Positions 13,410-26,330 are shown, numbered from the whole stretch's first letter. The stretch: DNA of 62,966 bases, filler included, from Intoshia linei (GCA_001642005.1; 6 parts of 6 records of this genome joined end to end with filler, not necessarily neighbours in it), one strand, 5' to 3'. Numbers and translations: made by a program. The notes: a model not told the origin generated them from the letters alone.

Positions 13410-13570
13410 TTAGTCTGTTTTTAATCTGTTTTTAGCACATTCTTAGTCTATAGAATTTTACACTGCAAATCATGCATATTGTGAATAATTTTGAGCTAAG
13501 GATTGTTATCTAATTTTCACATCCACAGTAAAAATGCAATAGACTAGGAATGTGCTAAAAACAGACTAAA
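13410..13570. repeat. Inverted repeat / small fold-back element
   Basis: tctgtttttagcacattcttagtcta...ttttacactg pairs with cagtaaaaat...tagactaggaatgtgctaaaaacaga. Confidence 0.6.
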
Positions 13571-13599
13571 TTGTCAAAATATAGGATATAAATTTAAAT

Positions 13600-16462
13600 A
13601 CAAATTGACATTGGTGTCTCTACTCCGAAACCTTCAAAACCACTGATATAAATGAATACTACCGACAATCGTATTATCTGATACATTGAAAGGTACTTAC
13701 ACGACATATCTAAATTTAGAAAAATTTTGAAAAGGTACACTTCTGAGAACGGGTATATTGCTTTCATTATTAACATATCTGTAATTGTTTGTATCCATAT
13801 TCTCTTTCAGAAAACCAATGCCTTTTGTCCACATGTAGCAATAATTTTTATCAAATTGACATTGAAATAAAACTTCTATAAAATTTAAATAATATTAATC
13901 AATAATGTATTTAAACCATTATTACTGGTTAAACAAGGCCTATTTTTAATAATAATGTTATCGATGGCAAAAGTATCTGCATACATTTGTAGATCATAAC
14001 GAAAAGAAATCTAAACTTTACATTCAAAAATATTTTAATTAATTAAATTACATTTGTGGTATTTGAAATTGTTGTATTGTATTGAATATGTTCCCAAACA
14101 TCGTTAGTATTTAATAAAAAATAGTTTTTAGATTCTGTTTGTGTTTGATTATTATTGGGAATGGGTGAATTTATTATTTGAGCTTTAGAGTTATGTAAGA
14201 AACTATGAATTTTATAATCAAATGAAACACAGACTTGTCCGTTGTAATCAATATTTGGTAGTATTAAACTAAAAATAAAAGTTACATAAAAAATACATTA
14301 GCTAAATATATATATACAATTTAATGTTTGTATGGCATGTCACCCTTTACTGCAAAAACTAAGGGTTCTACAATTTAAATACAACAAATTATAACACTGT
14401 TTTTTTCGGAGCACCGTATAACGAAAAGTTAAAATCCATCCATCACAGACATTTGCGTCGTCTCAGTTAAAATAGATTTTTACCATTTTATCACTTTTTT
14501 ACATTTTAAATTGTATTTTTAAAAAAAAAAGCAAAAAAAGAGATTTTCCGCTTTTAGGGCTAGTAAAATTAAATTTTTTATTTTAGGGTTGAATTAAGAA
14601 GCATTTCTCGTCATTTTCTCGTTTGGTAAAATTGGATTTTTCATAAAAAAATATCGAAAAATGTGGATTTTTGCCTTAAGGGTTGGTACGCTCATTCTCA
14701 CAATAGTTTCAAAACCAGTAAATTTTTCAAATTACGTAGTCGATTTTTTGATATTTTCAGAAAGTGAAGTTTCCACGTAATGATGAATATTCATGTTAGT
14801 TCTACCAAATACATTTACGTAATCTTCTTGATAAGACATGTAGAACAGAGATCCATTGTATTTTGTTTCACAGGCATTTTCTTCAAAGTCACATGTGAAT
14901 ATAACATCTAAGATTTTCTATAACATTATAACATGGTAAATTAATTATCATAAGTGATACGATATTTATTTCTTCTAGTCATCTTCATTTTTTTTTAATT
15001 TTCAAAACGTTAAAATAAACAAATTAAATAACCCTATAATTTCCACAAAAAATTAAATATATGTGAATTGGTTTTGATTTTACAAATTTATTTATTTTAA
15101 AATTACCATCTTCAATAACTTTAATTTTATCAAAATTAAAATTAAATTCATGAGATTTTAATGGTAATTTATTGGAAAATCTATCAACATCATCATTAAT
15201 AAAATTTTTCGAAAATTCCTTGGATTTATCATTCAACCCATTATTTTTAGAATTATTCATTTTACGAGCATAAATATTGAATTTTGGAATTTTATCGAAA
15301 TGTTGATGTAATTTGTTTTGTTCAATTTTCTTTTTATTTTTGAGAATAATGTATTCATAATTATTTAATTTGGTGGGTAAATCTTTTAACCCATCCTCAT
15401 AATCAATGTTCGTGTCTTTATCACTATAAAATGATTTGACGGTACTGTATGCGTTTTCAATTAATTTATAATATTTGTTTCTATCTGTTTGTTTAAGTTT
15501 AAGAATATATTCTAATAATTTATTGTCATTAATTGCTCCGACATCTAAATCGTCTAAAGTATCTTCCATTTTTTTTCTTTTCCCGTCAACATCATTTTTT
15601 TTAAATACTTCGTCAAAATATTTAGATGAAACTTGACGTAATGGAGGATCAAGTTTGAGTTCATCATCGAAATTATTAATTTCTGAATTATATTTTTTTG
15701 AAGGGATATTGTAAATGTAATAATAATTATTTCGTTTTGGTTCATATTTAGGTTCATATTTTGGGTAGTAATAATTATAATTGTATGGATCATAATATTT
15801 GTTTCTATAATATAATTCATCGTAATCATTATAATAATTATTATGTTGATTTGATTCGATACCCTTTTTGTATACTGGGTATTCCATTTGATTTACATAG
15901 TCATCTTTGTAATAATGATGTAATTTCCTATCGTCTCTGTAATGAACATTTGTTATTTTTTGAAAGTTTCTACGCTTCGGTATGTGATAATTTAAAATAT
16001 TGGTATCTGATGAATATTTAGAAGTTTCATCTATGTTGGATTCTTTTCTATTAATATCAATAAATTTCTGGGAATTATCTTTAACTTTTTCTAAAATTAT
16101 ATAAATCATTGATTATAATAATTATTTAAATCAATTGGATAAATGTAGATTTAAATACATTTTATTGTAAAAAAGGTACACTACAGTTTTGTCTGCTAGA
16201 AATTAATTAAAATTAGTTATATATACCATTAAAACTATCAATTGAATTTTTGCTATGATTATTGAAAACATTTGAAATTTTATGTTTATCAAACATGTCT
16301 TTTAAAAGGTTCAATTTGTCAAAGTTTTTTTTTGTACTTTTTTTTTTTAAATTATTAGATAATTTTTCAGATTCTATATCATCTTCTTCGTTTAATTGTG
16401 CAAGTCTCCATTTTTTGTGAAAAAATTCTTCTGAACAATCATATTCAAATTCCTTTCCACCT
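13600..16462 (-). CDS. Multi-exon protein with a long N/Y/K-rich region followed by divergent MAM-like domains; ends not resolved
   Basis: 361-aa ORF 15024-16109, then exons DVIFTCDFEENAC (about 14820-14907), LILPNIDYNGQVCVSFDYK...NDVWEHIQ (about 14053-14268), FAIDNIIIKNRPC (about 13918-14010) and EVLFQCQFDKNYCYMW (about 13740-13876). These follow the CxFE..C / CxxFxY / W / AIDxI..C pattern of MAM domains. Joining of the long ORF to these exons is inferred. Confidence 0.6.
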
Positions 16463-16919
16463 AATGTTGTATTATAATATTATGTAATATTATAATATAA
16501 TTCATATATAGACGTTTTCAATCGTTAAGACTGTTTTCAGCAATAAGGTTATGTTGGCAGTGAATAGCATTTTAATATGGAAATGTTAACATTGTCATTA
16601 AATTTTAATTTTAATTAACTATATTACTCTATAATAATGATAAATAAAATCATCAATACACCACATAAATGGTTTTAAATACTGAATATAAAACATTTTT
16701 TGTAGAGTACAATGTATGATAATGTACTCAGTAGATGTGAATATGAAATGCAAAATAAATTGATTTTTATTATACCTGAACGGTAATACACAACTTTTCA
16801 ACGTGTATCAGTTACATCAGGGGTTCCCAAACTCATCTCAAATCTTCAATATTCGTTGAAATATATTAATACTTTGGAAATATTTTTTTTATACTTGATC
16901 ACTATTATACCTAAGGATG

Positions 16920-17302
16920 TTCAAAAATATAATTTTTCGTTTTTTTTGAGACACCTTAATGTACATCAATGGGAATTGTCGAACCAGTTTTTATTATGGA
17001 CAATGCACGTATTCACCACTACAATAGTATCAGTCCATTTACTGTATAATATACTGAAGCTATTTTTACACAGGTCTTGCAGACACAATACAAAATCTTA
17101 ATCTTAATTTAACATATCTCCCTCACAATTTAGTGTCTGGAAAAACAAAGTCAAAAGGGCGTTTGTATTAACTGAGACACAACTGAAATAAAAAATATCA
17201 TCGGCTTTCGATAAAATTACAGAAATTCACTGTGAAAGTTTCTACAGCAAAATGATTCCCTATCTAAGAAGATGTGAACTGAGAAAAATTATTTTAAAAT
17301 AA
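16920..17302 (+). pseudogene. Tc1/IS630-like DDE transposase remnant
   Basis: EPVFIMDNARIHH and FSVWKNKVKRA...SAFDKITEIHCESFYSKMIPYLRRC, broken by stops and a deletion. Confidence 0.7.
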
Positions 17303-17439
17303 AAATAATTGTATATAATTAAACCTTGTATACATAGTCTGATACACATTTTATTCAGTATTAACAATAAAGTGAATTAAAAGAATGAATTTTAAAAACT
17401 AAAAATTTTATAAAAATATTCATCTAAAAAATTAATTAC

Positions 17440-17972
17440 CAACTCTAAAATGAAAAATCACTTTTACCAAACCGTTAGGGAAAATTCCAGTTTTACCCAC
17501 CATTAAGGGATTAATTTAGTTTTACAAACCCTAAGGCTTTAACAACCCTAAAAGGTTAAAACCTTAACAGTATTTTTCGTTTTAAGGTTGGTATAATTTG
17601 AATTTTCTCTAATTGTTTAATAAAACTGATTTTTTCATTTTAAAGTTGATAAGACTGAATTTCTCCCTTAAGGGTTGATAAAACTAGATTTTTCACTTAG
17701 GGGTTGGTAAAACTGGAATTTTCCTTAAAGGATTGTTAAAACTGCATTTTTCCTTTTAGAGCTTGGAAGAACTGGATTTTTCATTTTATGATTGGTAAAA
17801 CTGGATTTTTTCCTTAAAGTTAAGTAAAACAGAAATTTGCCCTAAAGGGTTGGTAAATTTTAATTTTTAATAAAAATGGTTAGATTTAGGTAAAAATGGT
17901 TAGATTTAAGTAAAAGTGGTTAGATTTAAATAAAAATGATTGAATTATAGTAAAAATGATTGGATTTAAATA
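17440..17972. repeat. Degenerate minisatellite (about 29-nt unit gggttggtaaaactggattttccttaa) with an inverted left arm, followed by about 5 copies of a 20-nt unit taaaaatggttagatttagg
   Basis: Units are directly visible. Related units occur near 140-330, 14540-14690, 28770-28880 and 38320-38440. Confidence 0.75.
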
Positions 17973-18151
17973 AGCACCCTTTCTTAAATGATTTCATTAA
18001 CTGACTACTGCGCACAGTCATTTAAAATTAACCATTAAAAAATAAAAATCTACTTATAGTTATTTATATTCCTTTTTTAGTCCTAATAAATCTGAGGTAC
18101 ATTTTTTAACCATTATATTAACTGAATATTATTCATACTAAGAAAAATAAT

Positions 18152-18941
18152 TTAATTGTTGATATTACTCTGCGATTTTCCTCTGAAGCGATCACAATCT
18201 CGTGAGACAATTTGTTCATCTTTATTACGACACAGAAGAGTGGAAAAATTTAGATTAGACGACAAACAGAGGATACTGTAATTATAAATTAAAAAATAAA
18301 ATTACACAATCCATTCGTAATCATTAGATTTGATATATCTAATTCTGAATAATTATCATTCCTCCATCCGGTCAGACCAATCTAATGAATGTATTTAAAT
18401 AAATATAAAACGATTAAACGTTAATTTTAATAAGTGCATACCTTTGTTATGTTTTTTCTTTCTATCGGTATATGTTTACACTGATATTCATCGGCCTGAA
18501 TTGCTTGGGTGATCCAAAAGGGTAAAATTTTACCCGACTTGACTGTATAAAGTTTAATGTTAAAATTGCCTCGTATTTTGTATCGGAAAGAAACACACAT
18601 TTTGTAATTTGTAATTTTTTCTAGACAACGCCAAGGTATCTGCATTTTATTCCACTTGACACAATCAATAGTAGGTGTATTAATACTATAAAAATATTGA
18701 AAAAAGTAAATTAAAATTTTACCTAGCATGTTGACCATCCAGATGTAAATTTTTAGTATATGTATATTTGAATCTATCAACGCCCCAGTTATCATTAATT
18801 GCGTCTTCCATACCACATAAATCTTTCTCAAAATCACATTTAAACAACACATCTAAAAATTTTATTTAAACCTATAAATATACTACCTAGTGGCGCAATT
18901 TCAACAAAAAATAAATAAAATATATAAAAAATATAAGTCAT
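18152..18941 (-). CDS. Small, probably secreted single-MAM-domain protein
   Basis: Exon 18941-18887 MTYIFYIFYLFFVEIAPL (signal-like), a 34-nt intron, then DVLFKCDFEKDLCGMEDAINDNW; later KMCVSFRYKIRG...FW and ELDISNLMITNG. The 3' end is uncertain. Confidence 0.7.
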
Positions 18942-19110
18942 TTCACGTAATATACAAACCAAAATATTTATATTCAAATGTGACTGTAAATGTTGTAAAC
19001 AATAAGATAGTCAGTAGAAATGATTATAAAAAATTTTAATCCTGAAACAATTTCAATTTCAATAGTGCAACTGATAAATAAAATTTAATCCAAATGTTGC
19101 AACAGCAAAT

Positions 19111-19794
19111 TCAAGTCCATCTACTTGAAATATCTTTCTTATCTTGTACTACGCGTTTTTCTGGGATTTCATTGTTTGAAATGTACTTCATTAAGTATCC
19201 ATAATGCTTTGGATCTATAAAATCTTCTTTGAATAAAATTAACGGTTTTCCGGCAGCTTTGAGAGTAAAAGATAAACGAGTAACATCTGAATGAGTTACT
19301 TGATTTAATTTAAATGAATGGCAACTATCGAAAAATAAGTATTTTGTTGTTTTTGTAATATATTCATCTGCTGAGGGATTAAAATATACAGATAGTACTA
19401 ATCTACGCATCATTCCTTCAGTTAAAACTGCTCCAAGCATTACCAAACTGAATGCAATCTAAATTTAGTAAGGTTATTTAATTATCGAGTTTCTAAATAT
19501 TAATTAAATATACCATTATAAAAAATATAGCCGGTGCCTTAATTTTTTCACTGCTCCTTATTCGATATACAACAGTTGAGGACAATGAAAAAGTTAAAAT
19601 ACCCATACTAAATAATGTTAATATTCTCATAAACTTTTTTGGGCTTTGATTTCTGTATTTGTATATTAATTCAATGTTTTGGGTAGAAATTTTGCATATT
19701 TGCATATTTTTTAAGAGTAGACGTGTATTTGATAGATTCAGTCTATTTAATGTATTTAGAGTAGAATATGCTACATTTTTCAATCTGGTAAACT
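19111..19794 (-). CDS. TMEM70: TMEM70 (mitochondrial ATP synthase assembly factor) homolog; first exon not resolved
   Basis: ELIYK, two hydrophobic segments, then RRLVLSVYFNPSADEYITKT...SFTLKAAGKPLILFKEDFIDPKHYGYLMKY. By recall this aligns with the TMEM70 tail (YVIRLY...DTY...TFYAKTKSLLV...F...EDYIHLMGY). A phase-0 intron joins the two ORFs. Confidence 0.8.
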
Positions 19795-20174
19795 TCTAAA
19801 ATAATAAATGTAAAAGACGTAAGGTTAGTGATGTACAGATAAAAACATTTTTTTGTTTTCGATTTATTAGTTTATTATATTTTTGAAATTCTTAAAAGTT
19901 AAACTTTAATTTTTTATATTTATCTAAGGAAACTTAAATGTTTACACAGTGTAAGTGTAACAGTACATGTGTAGTGTGTTCTTTTGTAAAAACTACTGGT
20001 TTTTACTGAGTTTTTTTGGTTAACTGGAAAAATCTTTGCAGTAATTTCGCCAAACTGAAATTTATTTTCGCATTATTATTTAAACTATTATCCATCTGCC
20101 TTATTAACCCTTTGAGAAATGCATTCCACATATACATGTAAATTTAATTTCATAAAATTGATCAAGATTAATAT

Positions 20175-20427
20175 ATAACAAGATAAAATTCCTCTAGACA
20201 CAGCAACTAACGCATCGTCATATTATCCACTTTATTAGAATCACGTATGTTAACAATAGGGTTATGGTCTGTAATGTAAGTAAATTCTTTCCCCAGTAAG
20301 TAGTATTTAAACTTGTGAGCTGCCCAATAAAGTGCATATAACTCCTTTTTAAATACACTATATATCCGCTGATAGGGAGTGAATGATTTACTTGCAAACG
20401 AAACAATTTTGCCGTTTTGACTTAATA
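20175..20427 (-). pseudogene. Ty3/Gypsy pol RNase H remnant abutting a gap
   Basis: KIVSFASKSFTPYQRIYSVFKKELYALYWAAHKFKYYLLGKEFTYITDHNPI...MR*LLCLEEF, in a frame not listed in the ORF track. Confidence 0.85.
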
Positions 20428-20629
20428 NNNNNNNNNNNNNNNNNNNNNNNNNNNNNNNNNNNNNNNNNNNNTTAATTAATTAANNNNNNNNNNNNNNNNN
20501 NNNNNNNNNNNNNNNNNNNNNNNNNNNGTAAATATTGATCCTACAATTTCAAAAAAAATGTGTATTGTACGTCTACACATTGAATGATCCAATGAAGACA
20601 TATGGGTGAAAATCTATATAATTCATTCC

Positions 20630-21420
20630 TTCGGAATTTTTTTTATTGCTACGCAATTTTTAAATTTCAAATTTTTATTTTTCAAACATTTTTTATAATC
20701 TTTAAATTTTAACACTACAGCACAAATTGATAAAATTAAATTTATATTAACTGAAACATTATTTTTTTTATTGATAATTGTTACAAATTGAACATAAAAT
20801 GGTAAAAAGAAAAGTAACATTTACAAGAAAAAAGGCTAAAAGTATGGAAAAATTTTCAACATCAATCATTTTTATATTACAATCCTTTGCAATAATGGTA
20901 AAATTCGACTGAAATATTTATAAAGTGAAGATTCAGTTATTTATACACAATTGGTATTTTTAAGTATTTATTAAATTGATTCTGAATGTATGTCATCACA
21001 TTGAAAATGATAAAATATGTTTTTATAATGTTATTTTTTTGGAATTTATGCTATTTATGATAATTTTTAGGATTGGACTATTTTTACTTTATTTTTAATA
21101 TTATACACACATTCTGTCTAATAAAATTGGACTGTTTTTACTTTATTTTTAATATTATACACACATTCTGTCTAATAAAATTAAAAAGTTTTAACTTTAT
21201 TTTTAATATTATACACACATTCTGTCTAATAAATTAAAAAAATGGGATAATAATTGTTTATAAATTCTTTATCAAATGTTAACAAAACAAAAGATTGATA
21301 ATAGTTAATAGTAGAATTTGTAAGTTAGATTTTCAACGTGAATTTTTTTTTGGTATAATAAAAGAGTGCCCTCGGCAGAGCTAGGTGCTGTTTGTACGTA
21401 ATACAAAACTGCCAAGCTAG
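20630..21420 (+). mobile_element. Long Helitron copy (3' part) with an internal roughly 55-nt tandem triplication (21073-21232)
   Basis: Ends ...gagctaggtgctgtttgtacgtaatacaaaactgccaagCTAG|t. Three copies of ctttatttttaatattatacacacattctgtctaataaa. Confidence 0.78.
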
Positions 21421-22302
21421 TTAATTATAAATATTAATTGTCAGTAAATTGCTATCAAAATGAAATTTGCCTTTTTACATTTTATAAGTTTTGTTGTTTG
21501 TAGAATGTTTGTATTTTGAATATTTTATGAAAATATTGTAAACTTAGTTTTTATTTTAATTTTTATCAGTAAATTGTATTATGTTTTGTTTAAAAAGTTT
21601 TAAAAATGTTATTGCTAAATACGTTTAATTGTTTATTTGTAGTTATGTATGTTTTTAATTTTAATGTATATTTTAGAGTTGATATTTCTGAAAATGAATT
21701 ATATACATTTATGGAAAAATTCAAATAAATTTAAAAACTAATTTTCTGTTCTTACAATTGTTTGTTAATAAAAATTGAATTACAAATTGTATAGTATTAT
21801 TTTTGTTTGTGTAAATCTAGGCCTATAAATATACCCAAGATTCTAGGGTATAGAATATTTATTCAAATGTAATGTAGTCATTTGCAAAGGTAGTGCTAGG
21901 AACATTTTTACGATGCGGCCCACCACTTAATCACACGGATGATTTATACTGAGTAAAATATAAATTAATTAGAAATATACTCGATCGATTCGTCATTGTA
22001 TATCCATTTGATGTACGCAGCTTACATTTATTCATATTTAAAGCCGAATATACCGAACCGAGACTCATCTTTAGGAGGGAGACTCAACACAATTTTTGTA
22101 GAATCGGACATCATTTTTCAAAATAAAACAAAAAACAGTAATTTTAGACGTCAAATGTATGTTTTATTACTATACTAAATTATTACTAATAAATGGAAAA
22201 TGTTCAACTGAAATAGTAATTGATTTCAAGATTGTTGCTAGAGATTTAGTAATTTACCAAATTTTATCTTTAACTTGAAAATTATTGTGAATAGTTTTTT
22301 TA

Positions 22303-25300
22303 ATGACATCTAAAGAAAAACAGACACCATTATTAGCAAAATTTGCCATTGGAGGATTGTCTGGGTTTATTACAAATTTCTATATAATAAATATATAGAA
22401 TGGCAGCTACAATGGTTGTTCAACCACTTGATTTGGTTAAAACCAGGATGCAAATTAGTGGTAATTAATATGTTAACTCAATGAAATTAAATGTTGACTC
22501 AGATTTCAACAATTTTAATAAAATTTGATTAATTAACTTTAAAAAATAATAATTCCTTTTTCTTTTATTCATTTCATAGCGACTACATCAATGAATAAAA
22601 TTATACTAAAATCTATTCTACTTTATAATTATAAAAATTAATTTAATTATTATGACTAAATTTAGTTTCAACGGGCACCGCAAAAGCGTATTCATCGTCA
22701 CCTCAAGTTTTTTTTTCAATACTTAAAAAGGAAGGAATTTTGGGCTTATACAATGGGTAAGCCAATTTTAATATTAATTGATAATATAGTTTATCTGCGG
22801 CTCTATTACGACAAGCCACGTACACCACAACCCGTTTAGGAATCTATACAAAATTGATTGAAAATGTTCAAAAGTAAAATTAATTACATTATCCTTACAT
22901 ATATAATATGCTTTGTTTGTCTGTGTGTGTTATCGTTTATTTCAATAACTATTAGTCTTAGAATTTTATAAAGTTCACATTTTTATTACAGTTTTTTCCG
23001 GTTAAGTTAATTATTGATACATAATTTTAATACATAACTAACATAAATAACATAATTAGTATTTTTAAGTATTTATTAAATTGGTACTGAATATATATCA
23101 TCACATTGAAAATGACAAAATAGATTTTTATAATTTTATTTTTTCTGGAATTTATGCTATTTTGACAAAATTTTTAAATTTGACTGTTTTTACTTTATTT
23201 TTAATATTATACACATTCTGTCTAATATATTAATAAATAGGATAACAATTGTTTTTAAATTCTTTAAACCAATGTTAACAGAAAAAAATTAAGATGAAAT
23301 ATTTCACTTTAAAGTAAAAAGTAATATGATATGATGGCTTTACCTGAAACAAATTTGGGAATCACTCCTTTAAAGGATTGATAATAGTTAATAGTAGGAT
23401 TTTTAAGTTAGATTTTCAACGTGAATTTATTTTTTAAGTATAATAAAAATGTACCCTCGGCAGAGCTAGGTCCTGTTTGTACGTAATGCATAACAGTCAA
23501 ACTAGTGTTATAATATACATTGTGGCTTGTCTACTTTTTATTGCAAAAAATACTAGTTAGGTCTGCTGATGGGTACATATAATATTCCGTTTATATACAA
23601 TGTATATTATACATATTACTTATATTGCATTTACATAATTAAATTTTTAATTTTAATTTATTTTTGTGCTCGTAATTCAAATTTATTTTTATTACAAGAA
23701 TCCTTAAAATTGTGTTAACATTAAAATTATTCGAAGGGGAATGTTATATATATTTTGTAAAGTAAATTTATTACATTTTTTTTAAAACTTTCTTTCTTTA
23801 ATCTAATTAAAATGTGAATTTTACTTTAGAGACGATAAACCAACTAGTTTTATTTTAAAAGCTTTGATTGGAATGACATCTGGTGGAATAGGAGCATTTG
23901 TTGGAAATCCAACAGAAGTAGCACTTATTAGAATGACTGCTGATGGAAAACTACCTTTTGATAAACGAAGAAACTACAAACATGCATTTAATGCTTTAGC
24001 AAGAATTGTCAAGGAAGAAGGTATACTTTCTTTGTGGACGGTAATATTTAAAAATATTACAAAAAACAAGAGTATGATCTATCTACAGTCCCTCTGTTTG
24101 TAGATGTTGAATGGTTATATTAATTTATGATTTCTTTATTAATTTATACAATTAATTTAAATGTAGGGATCGTATCCTACAATTGTACGAGCTATGGTGG
24201 TTAATGCAGCTCAGTTGGCTACATATTCTCAGATAAAACAAATTGCTATAACCAAGCGTATTATATTAATTTATGTTTAGATATTTAAAATTTAGTTAAT
24301 TTTAATGACAATATTTGTTGTCACACTTTTGCAAGTCTTATAAGTGGATTTGTAACCACCTTTGTTTCTATTCCTGTCGATATTTGTAAAACCAGGTAAA
24401 ATTAATAAAATACATAGTGCTAATACAGTGTATGTAATCTGAGCCGAGTCTATTATTGACGACCCCGTCCAAAATAAAAATTATAACCATTAAAAAGTTT
24501 TGCTAATGATACGTAATGGCATACATATGTATAATATACATTGTATATGCCCTAGCTACCTCTCCAAATGTCAGAACTTGATATTTTAAATTTGACACAC
24601 AAAATAATTATTATTTCGATTAATATAATTGTTTTGAATGCTAAGTTAGGTTAAATGAGACCGAAAGGATTTTTGGTACAATGGTTCGGCTCTGTATATA
24701 ATTTATACTTAATTTGGATACTTTAGAATTCAAAATATGAAAATTGTTAACGGTGTACCAGAATACAAAAATGCTATTGTAAGTACAGTGAAGCCTCCAC
24801 TATTGGCAAATTAAAAATCAAAACTCGGGAATTTTAAATTTTTGGCGAATAACCGAGTCTGGTGAATGATAGAACCAAATTTATCGAAAAATGCAAACAC
24901 ATAATGTGTTGCACGTTTAGTATCTATCGCCATAAAAAATTAAAATGAACTATTGATTGATAGTGAAAATAGTATTCTATACATCATTAGACAGTTCTGT
25001 CGTTTGTTAATTTTGTAGTTCGCCATATATTTACATCTTTAAATTTCATCTTATAGTACGCAAATTCATTTATTTATTTTATTGAATTATTTTTGGCGAA
25101 TAATGGAAACTGGGAAGAACAGAGTTTTTGTATATAAATCATAATAAATACAATATTTTTTGTGAGCAATAATAAATCGACCAATAGTTGCGGCTTAACT
25201 GTAAATTCTAGGGTTGACAAATATCTAGTAAAATAATACCTTTATAAACATTGCAATTTATATATGACATATTAACAAGTGCCTTCAATTAAACACTCCA

Positions 25301-25990
25301 AATTATACACATTATTATCGACTATCCTCATTTTTATTATCATTTTAAAATTAATTTGGCACAATGGATAGAAAACCAGACAAAAAAATATTTCACTTCT
25401 AATTTCCAGTATAAAATTATCACAAAATAATGACGAAGAAAGAACTCGCCTATTTTACTCCGTAATCGTGGATGATAATCTGGATTATCTTTTGAATAAT
25501 ATTAGCACCACTGACCGAACAAATTTTTCAAAAATTGAAAAAAACATGGCCGCTCGAAATTCGAACGTCGAACCTAAAACATTTAATTTCGATTATCTGA
25601 TTTGACGTCACTTGTAAATACACATGGTGTATTTTCTCATGAACTGGATTCATAGTCTAATAGTTCTAAAGGTGATGCTATAAAAAAAATTTATGATGCA
25701 GCCCGCTTAAAACATTTTCACAATAATTGGACCCTTCACGTATTTGAGTGTGACATGGATATGTATACAACATGTAAATAAATATATTGGTTTAGTTCAA
25801 CTTTTATTTGTTAGTTTATGCATTTATGTTTATATTTTAGGATGTAATTGTAAAAATTAAAAAGAGAGAAGGTTTTCTAAGTTTATGGAAAGGATTCACT
25901 CCGTACTATGCCCGTTTAGGACCTCACACCATTATAACATTTATTGTTATGGAACAGTTAACTCAGAATTATAAAAAAATCTTTAATTAA
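22303..25990 (+). CDS. SLC25A11: Mitochondrial 2-oxoglutarate/malate carrier; 9 exons (about 22303-22364, 22399-22460, 22666-22756, 22790-22873, 23830-24040, 24167-24257, 24296-24395, 24727-24778, 25841-25990)
   Basis: KFAIGGLSGMAATMVVQPLDLVKTRMQ, GLSAALLRQATYTTTRLG, PTEVALIRMTADG, RAMVVNAAQLATYSQ, PVDICKTRIQNMK, LWKGFTPYYARLGPHT. Confidence 0.95.
22892..23505 (+). mobile_element. Complete non-autonomous Helitron (614 bp) in an SLC25A11 intron
   Basis: Starts a|TCcttac, ends with sub-terminal hairpin ctgtttgtac-gta-atgcataacag then tcaaaCTAG|t. Inserted between A and T, no TSD. Confidence 0.88.
24786..25201. mobile_element. Tc1/pogo-type MITE in an SLC25A11 intron
   Basis: ta|cagtgaagcctccactattgg ... 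ccaatagttgcggcttaactg|ta: imperfect TIRs with TA TSD. Confidence 0.75.
25355..25490 (+). pseudogene. Possible hAT (ZMYM1-like) transposase remnant
   Basis: LAQWIENQTKKYFTSNFQYKII and, shortly after, FYSVIVDD resemble the YTSxxIQNEII...FSIIxDE motifs. Confidence 0.4.
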
Positions 25991-26159
25991 TGTTTGTATA
26001 ATCTTGAATTAAAAAATATAGTTTTATCCATTAATAATATAACTACATAAATATACATTAACTATAATTTTTTATACTTTATTTAAATTTCACGGACCCA
26101 GGAAAATAGTTTTGTACCTACAAGGGTGTATATGGGTCCCAATCGCGAATCACTGATTC

Positions 26160-26330
26160 TAATATGATAATTGCAACCCATGATTAATTGGTCTCGAACT
26201 CGGTTATCATTATCTGTACCGAATGCACACCTTTTGGCGTGATTGAAAACACGGTCAATATATTTGTCAATGTTTTCGCTTTTGTATCGAAATATATTTG
26301 GAAAATCAATTCGTTTTTTTGTCGGGTTTC
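26160..26330 (-). pseudogene. Ty3/Gypsy gag-like remnant
   Basis: KRIDFPNIFRYKSENIDKYIDRVFNHAKRCAFGTDNDNRVRDQLIMG resembles the gag pattern ESIDxYxxRLxxLAxxCxFG...RIRDQLVxG. Confidence 0.6.

Noticed and set aside
17580-17972. Regularly spaced repeats resembling a CRISPR array
   Set aside because: Units are contiguous and degenerate, with no unique spacers, no cas genes and a eukaryotic context.
20218-20406. 62-aa ORF from the track
   Set aside because: Wrong frame; the informative frame is a Gypsy RNase H relic.
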